DNA of 64,000 bases from Heptranchias perlo (GCF_035084215.1 NC_090339.1:31930001-31994000), one strand, 5' to 3'. Counted from the stretch's first letter, positions 27,201 to 39,043 are shown. A program made the numbers and translations. Notes: generated by a model not told the origin, from the letters alone.

Positions 27201-27382
27201 CCCCACTTAATTAAATGCACTTCCAGCAGGCGGATCAGGGTCATAATGGGGTCATGGGAGGGAAATGTAAAGGCCATTCTTAGGTGCTGAGTTTCAGTGG
27301 AGGCCCTGTCCGCCCCATTTCACTTGCCGGACTGCCTTTACACCACCTGAAAATAAGCGTTTGTTTAAGGAAAATCCAGGCC
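24250..27382 (-). mobile_element. Decayed Harbinger element: transposase remnant at about 25790-26900, possible Myb/SANT remnant at about 24310-25320
   Basis: VCCTLYNLA, ALSVAVKV and YPGxxHD-like segments on -; TIR-like end gaaaatccaggcc at 27370-27382; left boundary uncertain. Confidence 0.65.
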
Positions 27383-28445
27383 GACATCTGAAATGTTAAC
27401 CTATCTTTTCTCTAAACAACATGAAGTTGTGTTTGTCACATTTTTAAACCAAAATGAGTGGGTCTCACTCCAAATAAGTCAAACTTGATAGACCTGGTAT
27501 TGTCTGATTACCTAATAGGGCATTCATTACAGTCGTCAACATTGGGGAAATGTGAGCAGCAAGATTTATCATAAAAAGTGAGGCACTATTAGACCCATTT
27601 AAACAAATAGAGTTCTGGTTTAATCACTTGTAGCTCACATCTGGCCTTTCATTTATGTGCAAATATATTGGGATAGATTTTGTTGTGAGCGGCGAACGAA
27701 CAGCGCCTGCTGTTCGTTAGACTTGCCCTTGTCCATAGACTTTCCATGAGGTTTTGCACGGCAAGTTACTGTCAGCGGGAGATCCAAACAGTGCGGCGCC
27801 CTCTACAGGGCATCTGGGACCTGTGTGACCAGGACAAGCAACTGTCTATCTCCTTAACCAATCAGATTCAAGAGTCGTTAATGAGCAGTGCCGAGTCTGA
27901 ACCAGGAATTGTGGGCTCGATTTTAGGGTCGGGTTACCTGCGGGTTTCCAGCGGGGGGGCCCCGAAAATCCCGATCTCCGATCACGTGACCGGATTCGGA
28001 CGAAATCCCGGCCACTTCCGGGTACCGCGCTGACGTGCGGGGCTGCGCACGAAAGCCCCGCTGGTGGGAATCCCGCAGGCAATTAAAGCCAGCGGGGTTC
28101 CACTTGAGAGCACTTAACTTGCTCGTTGTGGTCAGTTAATGAGCTGAAGCAGCTGTCAAAAGAGGAAGTGTGGGATTTTAGGTTCAACGCAGTCAGTTTC
28201 CCACACTGGGGGAAACAGTACCCTTCAAACCAGGCGTGTTGCAGCCAGCAGCCTGTGGCAGGTGCCAAGGTGCGCTCCACGGGGGAGAGCCCTCACCCAC
28301 GCAGGAGGCCACCGCGTCACATAGGGCAACCCCTGCCCTCCACCAACCCCCGCCAAGCCAGAGGACAGACCGACACGAAACCGCAGCCCCAGTCCGAGGA
28401 CCCACCCACCTACCCTGCACAACCCCTCACACCAACACCTGCCAG

Positions 28446-29678
28446 ATGGGTGGTGCGTTGACATCGTCGGAGGACGAACAGGATGACCAGCCCCAGCAGC
28501 CTCGCAGTCCACGCCGTCCGCCTCGGAGAGGTGGGGCCCCCCAACACGGTGCTGCGGCACACCCACCTGCACAGCAGGAGGGAGGGCAACCGCAGAGAGA
28601 GATGCGTCGCAGGAGGCACTACCCTCCGCACAGGGTGTACAGAGCGAGGCTCAGCTTCATGGACCTCTCCGAGGAGCAGTGCATACGGAGGCTCAGAGTC
28701 AATCGCCAGGTAGTCGCCGACATCTGCAGCCTCCTTAACGACGAGCTGCTCCCTGATGGACCAAGCAGCATCTTCTTACCTGTCGCCGTCAAAGTCACCA
28801 CTGCCCTCGACTTCTTCGCATCCGGTTCCTTCCAGGGTGCCACCGGGGACATCACCGGGGTCTGTCAGTCCTCTGCACACAAGTGCATAAGGCAGGTCAC
28901 CGATGGGTTGTTCCGCAGGGCCTCCCACTACATCAACTTCGCCATGGACGAGCGCAGCCAGATGGAGAGGGCGGTTGGATTCCATGCCATGGCCGGCTTC
29001 CCACGGGTGCAGGGTGTAATCGACTGCACCCACATCGCAATACGGGCACCTCCGCATGAGCCAGGGCTGTTCATCAACAGGAAGGGGTATCACTCCATGA
29101 ACGCCCAGCTCATCTGTGACCACCGCCAGAGATTCCTACACGTGTGCGCCAGATACCCCGGCAGCTGCCACGATGCCTTCGTCCTCAGGGAGTCCGCCGT
29201 CCCGCCCATCCTGCAGGCACCCAACGCCGGCAACGGCTGGCTCCTCGGCGACAAGGGGTATCCCCTCCACACGTGGCTCATGACACCTCTGAGGAACCCC
29301 ATCACCGAGCCGGAGCGTCGGTACAATGACAGCCACACTGCTACCAGGTCTACAATTGAGCAGACCATAGGGCTTCTCAAGATGCGCTTCAGGTGCCTTG
29401 ATCGTTCTGGGGGAGCGCTCCAATACACACCATTCAGAGTGGGACGAATCATAGTTGTCTGCTGTGCCCTGCACAACATGGCCCAACAGAGAGGGGTGCC
29501 GCTGGAGGAGGCCCCATCCACACCCGCCACCCACATTGAGGAAGGCGAGGGCGAGGAGGAGGAGGAGGAGGAGGAGGAGGACGCGCCAGAGGATGTTGGA
29601 CGCCCCATGCGCCGAGCCGCGACTCACCGGGATGGTCGCCGGGCCAGGGACGCACTCATACGTCAACGGTTCTCCTAG
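28446..29678 (+). CDS. Harbinger DDE transposase (HARBI1-like), 410 aa from the first in-frame ATG
   Basis: Open frame with GVIDCTH, NRKGYHSMN, YPGSCHD, LLGDKGY, RSTIEQTIGLLKMRFRCL and CCALHN; acidic Glu run at the C terminus; AATAAA at about 29945. Confidence 0.95.
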   Translation: MGGALTSSEDEQDDQPQQPRSPRRPPRRGGAPQHGAAAHPPAQQEGGQPQREMRRRRHYPPHRVYRARLSFMDLSEEQCIRRLRVNRQVVADICSLLNDELLPDGPSSIFLPVAVKVTTALDFFASGSFQGATGDITGVCQSSAHKCIRQVTDGLFRRASHYINFAMDERSQMERAVGFHAMAGFPRVQGVIDCTHIAIRAPPHEPGLFINRKGYHSMNAQLICDHRQRFLHVCARYPGSCHDAFVLRESAVPPILQAPNAGNGWLLGDKGYPLHTWLMTPLRNPITEPERRYNDSHTATRSTIEQTIGLLKMRFRCLDRSGGALQYTPFRVGRIIVVCCALHNMAQQRGVPLEEAPSTPATHIEEGEGEEEEEEEEEDAPEDVGRPMRRAATHRDGRRARDALIRQRFS

Positions 29679-29975
29679 AGTCAGACACTGCGAGGCGCTC
29701 GCATCTCCTCACCTGCACATGCGAGCGGCCATACCAGCCCCCTCCACTGAAGAGTGCTGCCAGTAATCCTGCACCCACAGCAGTGTGCCCAATGGGTGGC
29801 AGCAGGTGTTCGCCGTCATGATGGCCTCCACTGAACGCAACTATTGCACAAGCCGCGGAAGAATGGACGAGAGGTGGCAGGAGTGGTGAGAATAGACTAT
29901 TTAATATCTGGAATGTGACATTATATAAGAAACAAAGTACAAAATAATAAACACCCTCGTGTATTCCCTTTGTGA

Positions 29976-30973
29976 TTATAAGGCCTTTGCAATTCTTCTC
30001 CGGGAACCCCTACGTGGTGCTACCCCCGTGGCTCCAGCAGAGGTAGTGGCAGGTTGCTCGTCTTCTTGCCTTGACCGGGTAGATGCTTTTGGCGGACGGC
30101 CCCTGGGTTTCGGTGCCCGTGAGGGCACCTCCACAGACTGCTCCTCCTGCACCGGGGCAGGGGCAGACTCGGCCACCTGGAGAGGAGGCACCATTGCGGG
30201 TACTGGTTGAGAGGTGGGTGACGGGTGGGACGTGGGGACGCCTTGAGAGGCGTCCCCGCTTCCATGTCCCCGGTCACCATCATCCCTCTCTTGGCCTCGG
30301 CCCACATCACCCCTTCCACCCTGCTGGACGGCAGTTTGGATGGCATGTGTGAGGCCTTGCAAGGCCACCCCTAGTGTATCCCTCAGCCTGTTGGTGGCGT
30401 CGGAATGTTGCTCACCCTGAATCCGTACAGACGTTGTCAGGGCCTGCAAGGACTCGAAGTGGAGCTGTGCGTGACGCTCGAGGGAGGCCAGCCTGTCCTC
30501 CACTGCAGACAGTCCCGCACCTACCCGCGACACTGTGTCGCCGGTACCCTCCTGTGCCTGCGCCACCAATGCCCACATGCAGGAGGTGGACTCCTCCATC
30601 GCCTGCGCTATTGTGGACAATGCGCGTGGCACCTCTGCCAGTACCTCAGCAATTAGCTGGTGGCCCTCGACGACTCTCCTTTTCACTGGTGGCCCCCTGG
30701 GTTCAGCATCTGGGTCCGGCTGAGCAGAGCCTGGAGATGAGTGCTCCCTCCGTCGCGGACCCTCCGCGGCTGCCCCTGCCACCAGGGTCTGCTCATGCTC
30801 ACTCGTGCGCAGTGACTCACCAAGTGCTACCCCAACTAGTTGGCGAGGGGGACCCACCGAGGTGCGTGTCTCTGCGCTGGTGGATGGTTGGCTCTGATGT
30901 GACGATGCACCCTCAGAGACCGCCATGTCCTCTGAGGAATCGCCCTCCACGCTCGCTTGACCCAAAGACGGAC
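29976..30973 (-). CDS. Harbinger Myb/SANT-like protein, exon 3 (spliced product 465 aa)
   Basis: ctcttgcag acceptor in compatible phase; open to TAA at 29976; helical central region and basic C terminus (PRGRP, RRGSRRR). Confidence 0.8.
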
Positions 30974-31089
30974 CTGCAAGAGAACAGAGGGCACTTTGAG
31001 GCATGTGGACCAACTTGACAGTGCGCCTGATGGCAGGTGATGAGACGGTAACTCGCGATCATGGGTGTTGAGTGTCAGCTTTCCCTTAC

Positions 31090-31249
31090 CGGCCGTTTCG
31101 GCAGCGACACACTCGCCATCGGCCACCGACAGGCAATGTCGCGTGCGGGCGAGGTCGAGCGCCTCCACCTCTGCGTCGGTGAGCTCCACCACTTGCGGCG
31201 GCCCACCTCCGGTGCGTGCCCTTTCCCTATTGTTCTTGCTTCTCTTCTC
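31090..31249 (-). CDS. Harbinger Myb/SANT-like protein, exon 2
   Basis: ttgccttcacag acceptor; EKRSKNNRERARTGGGPP...LTDAE; gtaagg donor (phase 1). Confidence 0.85.
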
Positions 31250-31575
31250 CTGTGAAGGCAAAACACAGATGTGTGAGTGGGTGCGTCTTGCATCGTGAGA
31301 CGCATCGAGCATCGGTGTGGTTGGGTTGAGCGTGGCGCGGAATGGATGGGGGGAAGCGTGGGCCACGTGGCCATCCCATTGCATGGGGATTGGGGTGTGT
31401 GGTAGTGTTCGGGTGGGGTCAGGGACGGTGGGTACTTGCGTGCACGGCGAGGATGGTGAATGAGTGGCTGTGAGGATTGCTGATGGAGCGCAGTGGTGGC
31501 TGTGCAGGAGGGGGTTGTGATCTGCTTGGCGTGATGGTGGGGACGGGATGTGGGAGGGTGCGTTGGTGTACTCAC

Positions 31576-31815
31576 CTTGCCAGACCTAGTCAGGTCATTG
31601 AAGCGCTTGCGGCACTGCTCCCAAGTCCTTGGGGTGTTGCACCTGCTGCTCACCTCCGCCGCCACCTCGGCCCATGCCTTCCTGGTTGCGGCGGCAGGGA
31701 ACTTGCGCCCATCTTCTGGGAAGAGTGTTTCCCTCCTCCTCCTCACGCCCTCCAGCATCAGCTGCAGTGCCAGATCTGAAAAACGGGGCGCAGCCTTTCC
31801 CCTTTGTTGAGCCAT
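31576..31815 (-). CDS. Harbinger Myb/SANT-like DNA-binding protein, exon 1
   Basis: MAQQRGKAAPRFSD...AWAEVAAEV...RTWEQCRKRFNDLTRSGK, then gtgagt donor (phase 0). Confidence 0.9.
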
Positions 31816-32728
31816 TCTCCCAGACCTCTTGCTTGCAGCAGGAGGGGCTTTGGGAGACTGCCCCTTTAACTGGAGCTCCTACATCGCGTCGAAGGTACTG
31901 CGCATGCGCAGCCGGCCGGCACGCAGCTGGGGAGCGCAGAACCCGGAAGCTGGGCTTAATGGGTCCAATTATCCCGCGGGGGACGCACACGATTAGCCGT
32001 CCGCGTTTTCCACGCTCCCGGAGGACCACCCGCTGGGAACCCGCAGGCCTGCTAAATTCGAGCCCTGTAAGTTAGAATAGTGAATTCAATGTCAAATCAG
32101 GTACAGAAAGTTAAATAAAGAGAGTGAAAAAAAGATTGGATTAAGATTGGATTAAGAGAGAGAAATAAAAGAGACAGAAAGAAATAGTTTTAAAAAATTA
32201 TTTAAATTTCCAAAGAAAATCTCCAGCAACAATTAAAAGCTGAAGGAATGAGACTCCACACTTGTAAAAGTTAGTTTTCAGTGCCAGAGAGGTTGTTTGG
32301 CAATAATTAAGACTTATCATGCCATTAAAAGAGTGCTTAGACTGGTATAGACTAGCCCTAACTTTTCTGGTGAGTTTAGTCCGTATCTAAAGGAACTTCA
32401 CGTCATTCAATACATGTGAATGGGGAGCCAGATGGCGAGATGCCATTTTCACGCAGCTTACGGATTTTCGCGTTTAACTGTGCATCTCCGCTTGTCTGAA
32501 GTTGCTGCGATTTGCACATAAGTAACGGTGAGTGCTGTTAGCCTCACCCTTATTTTGGAAGTAAAGTCTGGCCCATTGTCCTCTGGTGTCTGAACTTGGG
32601 GGGGATTTGCACAATCCAACACACTGCCATCTGGTGCTCCAGTCGGAACTATTGCTTCAAAGCCACTGAGCTGAATTTTCCTCAAGCATTTTATAACAGG
32701 ACACAGTGGAACTCCCCAAAATATGGCT

Positions 32729-34100
32729 GGGGCTAAATTAATGGATACGTTCATCCAACCCTGAGGAGATTTTTCTCATGTATATGTGTGTAACCCCTCT
32801 GCAGAAAGGGCATTAAACTCATGGACGGTATGGTCTTGGGCAGTAACGCAAAACTGGTGATATTGAATCGGGAGCCTGTTTTACACCTTGTCCGAATTTC
32901 TTGCCTTTTCCATTGACTTTGCCCATTTTTCACTACTGCCCAAGACCAATTTCATCCTCTATGAATGTGGTGAGATATTACGTTGGGACATTTTCACAAT
33001 TTGTTTTATTGCTGCACCAATGTCATTTCCCACATCAAACCCTTTTTTATGCCAATTTAGTGAAAATTTGTGCTGAATTATTGCTAATTTTGGGCATGAT
33101 TGTAACTGGGTGGGACGCAACATGCAGGATTGGTCTTTAAACTGATTGACATGACTGGAAGAACTATTTAAAGGGGCGTTCACCTGCAGGTATTTGGACC
33201 ATTAGGATTTGGGTGTTTTTGGCTTTCCCTGGCTCTGAACTTGCTCAAAAACCTTAACTCTTTTAAATCTTCCAGTTCTGATGAAAGGTCTTCGACCTGA
33301 AATGTTATCTCTGTTTCTTTCTCCACAGATGCTGCTGAGCTTCTCCAGCATTTTCCGCTTTTATTTCAGATTTCCAGCATCCGCAGTATTTTGCTTTTGT
33401 TTTTGTGATTGGTGGATTATCAAGGCATTTCAGAACTCGGAGATTGCTTCTTTTTGATTTGTTTGCCTTACTCACCTTGACTAAGCATTTTCAACTTATC
33501 TTGGGCACTATTTTTACTTCTTTTTTCCGGATGGTGGTAGAGGAGCAGCAGCAGCCTCGGCAACCAGGACAAGCAGTGGCTGAGCCTGTTAGAACACTGC
33601 AGATGAGAGGTGGAGGTGGGGTGGCTGCTTGTAGAATGACTTATCCAGCCATCAGGGCCTATAGGCCAAGTCATTTTCCTGGACATGTCAGAGGAGCAGT
33701 GCGTCAGGACGCTGCGCTTCACCAGGCTGTCTGTTGCAGATCGGTGCAGCCTCCTGCTGGACCAGGGATCTTTCAAGTCTGTGCCAGCTTTGTTGGCAGC
33801 TGCCACGATGCTTTCATCCTAAGACACACATCCATCCCCCCACTATTCCACCCCTCCAGGAATGTCAGAGGTGGCTGCTAGGGACAAAGGATACCCCCTC
33901 CACACCTGGATGATGACACCCCTCAGCAACCCCATTATACCTGAGCAGCATAGCTACAATAATAGCCGTGGGACCACCAGGTACATCACTGAACACAGTA
34001 CTGGCATCTTGAAGCGCTTTGAGAAATTCTGATGTAGGATGGGTGGCCGCTTCTTCTGCCTGGGCCAACTCCATCTTGACGCCACAGTTGGAGGTGGGTC
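32729..34100 (+). mobile_element. Decayed, internally deleted Harbinger element with transposase remnants (about 33530-34020)
   Basis: DMSEEQCVR, GSCHDAFILR and WLLGDKGYPLHTWMMTPL segments with frameshifts; TIR-like ggggctaaatt at 32729; right end uncertain. Confidence 0.75.
33270..33403 (+). mobile_element. Penelope-like pseudo-LTR fragment containing a degenerate hammerhead motif
   Basis: ctgatga-a-aggtc-ttc-gacct-gaaa-tgtt at 33278-33306. Confidence 0.6.
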
Positions 34101-34699
34101 TGGCAGGATGCTGAGTGCTCCCGGAAATCCCATCAGTTCTGCCCAGTGTTCAGCAAACAGAATGTGGACCTACGTAATGCCATAAGTGGGGCCCACAGTA
34201 GCGTATCCCAACATTAATCGATCTCAGAGATTGATTGCCTTTAGGAAAGCAGCAAATCAGCAAAGGAACCGCTAGCAGCAAAAATTTGACCAGAATGACC
34301 CTCAGTAGAGCAGCAAGGTGCCACACTGAAATTCTGGTGCCCCCACATGGAGGGTGCCCAGTTGTGCCGTTTTTTTTTGCAAATGACCCTGTGCTTGGGA
34401 TTTGGGATGGAATCATCGCCAGGGAAGACTGGTGGAGGAAGTCCTGCCCTGCTGCACTTCCAAAAGTGTAGCTGTCAAACTGGAATATTGAGCTTGTGAG
34501 TCTACCATTTCTGAGCATTGAAAGTCAATAGGTGGATAATTTAGTGCAAGGTACTTTTTTTTCAAAAAATCTATACCTTTTAAAAATAAAACTTATTTCT
34601 GATATTGACTCTGCTTCCAGATCTTTTACAGGATCACCCATCCTGAGACAGCAGTAACAGAAGACACTGTATGTTTTCATCCACTTGCAGTCTGATCCC

Positions 34700-36195
34700 T
34701 GATACCACTTGCTACCTCGATTCTCTCCCATCCCAGCTCCTGACCATCTGACTTCACCCCCTCATTCTTGTGCTTGCCAATATGATCATCTTGTCTCACT
34801 CATCTGGCACTGCTCCCACCTTCTTCAAAACCACCATAAGTACTCTCCTCCTCAACCCCTCCATTCTCTACAATTGATGCACAATCTCAAACCTTCCCTG
34901 TCTCTCCAAAGTCCTGGAATATGTTCTTCCCTTACAAGTATGTCTCACCTCTCATCACTCCCTCTTCAAGTCCCATGCATTCTACTTTCTGCCTCACTCA
35001 TGGTACTGTGATCACTCTGATCAAAATCACAAATGAAGTCCTCAGAGATTGAGGCTCCCTATCTCTCTTCATTCCCTTCAATCCTTCTGCTGCCTTTGAC
35101 CTAGTTTCCCATTCTATTTTCCTCCAATGTCTCTCCTCTACACTCCACCTCTAGTGCACTGTTCTCTCCCATTGATGCACTTATCTGACTCAATGCTGAC
35201 ACTTTATTGCTAATAATGACTTCTCCTCCTTTGCTCACCTCTGTTCTATTCCAGGAGTCCATCCTTGCACCCTCCTGTTCACTTGCTACCACTTGGCAAC
35301 ATTATCCAGAAGCACAGGATAAGCTTTCACATGTATGCTGATGACAGAAAGCTCCATCTCTATTGATGCAAAGTTTGCTGCCAAACTCTCAAATTGCCTG
35401 ACTGATATTAAGATCTAGATAAGCCAAAACTTCTTCCAACTGAATTGTAACCTCGGGTCCATCGACCTACCCGACTATCATCTCAAGCTGATTCAGGAAA
35501 TGTAGAACCTTGGTGTCCTGCTTGATCCCGAGCTCCTTTCTCACATCCACTCAAAAACTCTTTCTTCCACCTCACCCCATCTCTGTACTTATGCTGCCAA
35601 AACCCTAGTCCATGCCTTCATCACCTCAAGGATTAACTTTTCCAGTGCTCTTCCAGTTGGCCTCCATGCAGAAACTATCCACAAGCTTCAACTCATCCAA
35701 AACACCACAGCCTGCATCCTCACCCACACCGAGTCTAAATTTCCATCACTCGAGTCCTCCTCAAGCTCCACTGGTTGCCTGTGTCCCAGCAAGTCAATTT
35801 CAAAATTCTAATCTTTGTGTTAAAATCTTTCCATGGCCTTGTTCCACTGTACCTTAATGATCTCCTCCTGGCATACATCTCTGCATGTAATCTCTGTCGT
35901 TGTAACACCGAACTTTTCTCACTCCCTACCACTTCATCTTCGACACCAATGGCAATCACTTGTTCTATCACTACACTCCCAGATTTTTTCCCAGATCCCT
36001 CTATCTTGCCACTCTTTCCATTTTCAAAAACCTCCTCAAAACCTTCCTTTTTGACCATGCTTTCAATTCCCCATTGTAGCCTTTCCATTCCCTTCCCCTT
36101 TCCCCAAGCTTTCTAGCCACATTCTTTCTATAACAAAACACTCTGAGATGTCTTTCTGCACAAGAAGAGCATTATATAAATGCAAGCTGTTGTTA
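34700..36195 (+). mobile_element. Old L2-type LINE fragment
   Basis: ctgctgcctttgac, caggagtccatccttgcacc, HMYADD, LVHAFITSR motifs and tail attatataaatgcaagctgttgtt. Confidence 0.8.
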
Positions 36196-36694
36196 CTACC
36201 TGGAGGTAGGCTGCTTGTGCTGTTTTAATAATATTCTGGGCAGTACATTCCACATACAACTCTATAATTTGAGCTCTGCATTGGAACTAGCAAGCATCAC
36301 TCCTATTTGGTGACATAATTAAGAACTATGATTTATAATTTTGAGTGTGATTCTGCTGCTAATGGTAGATTCTCTATTGATAAAATGACTATCCTAATAT
36401 CAACTGAATAGTACACTTATAGCCCTTAAACGTCCTCCAGTCCTTTTATCAGGATCATAGAATTTTTTTATAACTAAAATTAATGATAATATTTACCATA
36501 TTTTTAAAGACAGGATAAATTTTCCGTTTAAATATACACTGGGACCTATTTGTGGACCCAAGAACATTGGGTGAAGTATAGGTTCAGTTGGTGATACGTG
36601 GAGTCAAATGGTCATTAACTTCTCAGTAAAGTACTAAGTAAGGAATTTTAGAATGGTCACGAACATAGTGCATATCAGGATATCAAATAGGTTA

Positions 36695-37652
36695 TCCTGG
36701 ATATCATTTATTAATGTCTTAGATAACACAATAGAGAGCCGTATATCCAAGTTTGCCTTTGACACAAAGATTGGTGGCATAGTAAGTAGTGTAGACGGGA
36801 GCATAAAATTACAAAGAGACATTGATAGAATAAGTGAGTGGGCAAAACTGTGGCAGATGGATTTCAACACAAGTAAGTGTGAGGTCATCCATTTTGGACC
36901 AAAAAGGGATAGATCAGAGTATTTTTTAAATGGTGGAAAGCTAGGAATTGTGGAGGTCCATAGAGATTTGGGGGTCCATGTACACAGATCACTAAACTGT
37001 AGTAGTCAGGTACAAAAAATAATCAAAAAGGCCAATGGAATGTTAGCCTTTATAACTAGAGGGCTAGAATATAAAGGGGAGGAAGTTTTGCTACAGCTGT
37101 ACAAAGCCCTGATTAGATGACATCTGGAATAACGTGTACAATTCTGGGCACTGCACCTTAGAAAGGATATATTGGCCTTGGAAGGAGTGCAGCCCAGATT
37201 CACCAGAATGTTACCAGGGCTCCAAGGGTTAAATTATGAGGAGAGATTACATAAACTAGGCTTGTATATCCTGGAATATAAAAGGTTAAGGGGTGATTTG
37301 ATTGAGGGTTTTAGAATTTTGAAAGGACTTGATAGGGAGAAACTTTTTTCACTGGGAGACAAGGGAACATAACCTTAAAATCAGAGCCAGGCCATTCAGG
37401 AGAGAAGTTAGGAAACACTTCTTCATGTAAAGGGTGGTAGAAGTGTGATACTCTCTCCCATAAAAAGCAGTAGATACAAGGTCAATTAATAATTTTAATT
37501 CTGAGATCGAAAGATTTTTGCTAGCCAATGGTATTAAGGGATATGGAACCAAGGTGGGTGGATGGAGTTAGGATACAGATCAGCCATGATCTCATTAAAT
37601 GTTGGAAATGTCTTGAGGGGCTGAATAGCCTACTCCTGTTCCTATGTTCCTA
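36695..37652 (+). mobile_element. CR1 LINE 3' fragment
   Basis: ISKFAFDTKIGG, LQRDIDRISEWAKLWQMDFNTSKC, LYKALIR; ends in cctactcctgttcctatgttcc. Confidence 0.92.
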
Positions 37653-39043
37653 AGGGTAGGCTTGTTAAGTCAAATGGCTTTTTTCCTGCTCCTAAAATTT
37701 CCTCTATCTCCAAGGGTCTTCCTATAGCAATGAAAGCGTGACCCTCTCATGAAAATCACTAAACTTTAAAACAAACCTCTTTTCATCTGCAATGCTAAAC
37801 ATGCCAAAATATTAAATCAACAGAAAGCTTAATGATTCATTGGGTAAATATACTGTGTTGTGGCACTGCACCATTCACACCAGAAAGATGTCAGCCTTTA
37901 TCCTCGGTCTGTGCTGAGTTAACTGATTTCAGCTGAAATGGTAGTAGGGGTGTCACAATTCCCTCAATCCAGGGAGGGGAATATTCAGCTAGGCCTCCTG
38001 CCCCTGACCACAATCTAGTGTTCTCTGGTGGAAAATGCACTTGTATGGCTATCAATGAAAAGCAACATAATTCTTAGTTGTGATGCCCCACTGCAGTTAT
38101 ATAGTTTGCTGAAACTCATTGTTTAGGTTTACAGATGAGGTACTGGAGGACCACGGACACGGTGGAAACATACCCCAGCATCAGTCAACACCTTCAGGAA
38201 AGGGAGAACTTTGGGAGAAAGTAAACTTTTTAATGTCAGCACATGTACATGGTGGATAAACAGAGTAAATGAAAAGTGATATTCTATGTAGTAGGCAACA
38301 TTTTTCTGTGAGAGTAATAAACTTAATTTTTTCCCCTTTCTCCTACTTAGTCTGTCCTTGCCTTGCACCATTCAGATACGAGAGCATACCTCCAGTAATA
38401 TCCTTCTTAAACTCCCTACTGGGAGATACACTAATGCACCCTAGAAGTGATTCAGGGTCTAATTTTCCTTCTCTCCTTTGGGAGGAGATGGCCTACCTGT
38501 AGTCTGTACTTCATCATGGGATAGCTCAGATTGAAAATGTAGCATGGGAGGGTATTACACATGAAAACAGTCTTTTATAAAGCAATGTGTTGGTCCTCCA
38601 ATGTGCGGGGCTACCAGGCACTGTTGAAAATGCCCCTTTAAGATAATTAAGAATCCAATTAGCTCTTAACTTGATATTTTCCAAACTTTGGGCAATATGT
38701 CACTACCTGCACTTCCATCCCACACGAAAAAAAAGAAAAAAAGTCAATACCGGATTTATAACTTCTTTATAATAAAAAACGATACCTCCGATTGAACAAA
38801 CTATTATAGTGCAGCCATTCGAATCCAAAAAGTTCATTAAATGATGTCAAATGAAAATGAAGGTACGTCACGTACAACTGATTGATTTGATGACATCACA
38901 CGAGAACACCCTTAATTAGGAGATAATTTGCACAAGCTGTTTTATGGAGCATTCAGAGAAACGCTTTTGAGTTAATAGTGCCTTGGAGTTATGGTCCCAT
39001 CTGGTCTGCAGATACCTGTACGGTGATACCTTTAGGAGCTAAC

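Larger units (their letters stand above)
27913..32065 (+). mobile_element. Full-length autonomous PIF/Harbinger DNA transposon (4153 bp)
   Basis: TIRs gggctcgattttag / ctaaattcgagccc (13 of 14 match), 3-bp TGT duplication (27910-27912, 32066-32068), and two convergent intact genes. Confidence 0.95.
27670..32574. mobile_element. Non-autonomous Harbinger-type MITE (about 750 bp), split by the autonomous element
   Basis: Imperfect TIRs gggatagatttt / aaagtctggccc flanked by an ATT duplication (27667-27669, 32575-32577); internal similarity to the MITE at 57754. Confidence 0.7.

Noticed and set aside
28083-32075. Many overlapping alternative-frame ORFs in the Harbinger element and its derivatives
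   Set aside because: Expected in GC-rich coding DNA; no recognisable motifs.
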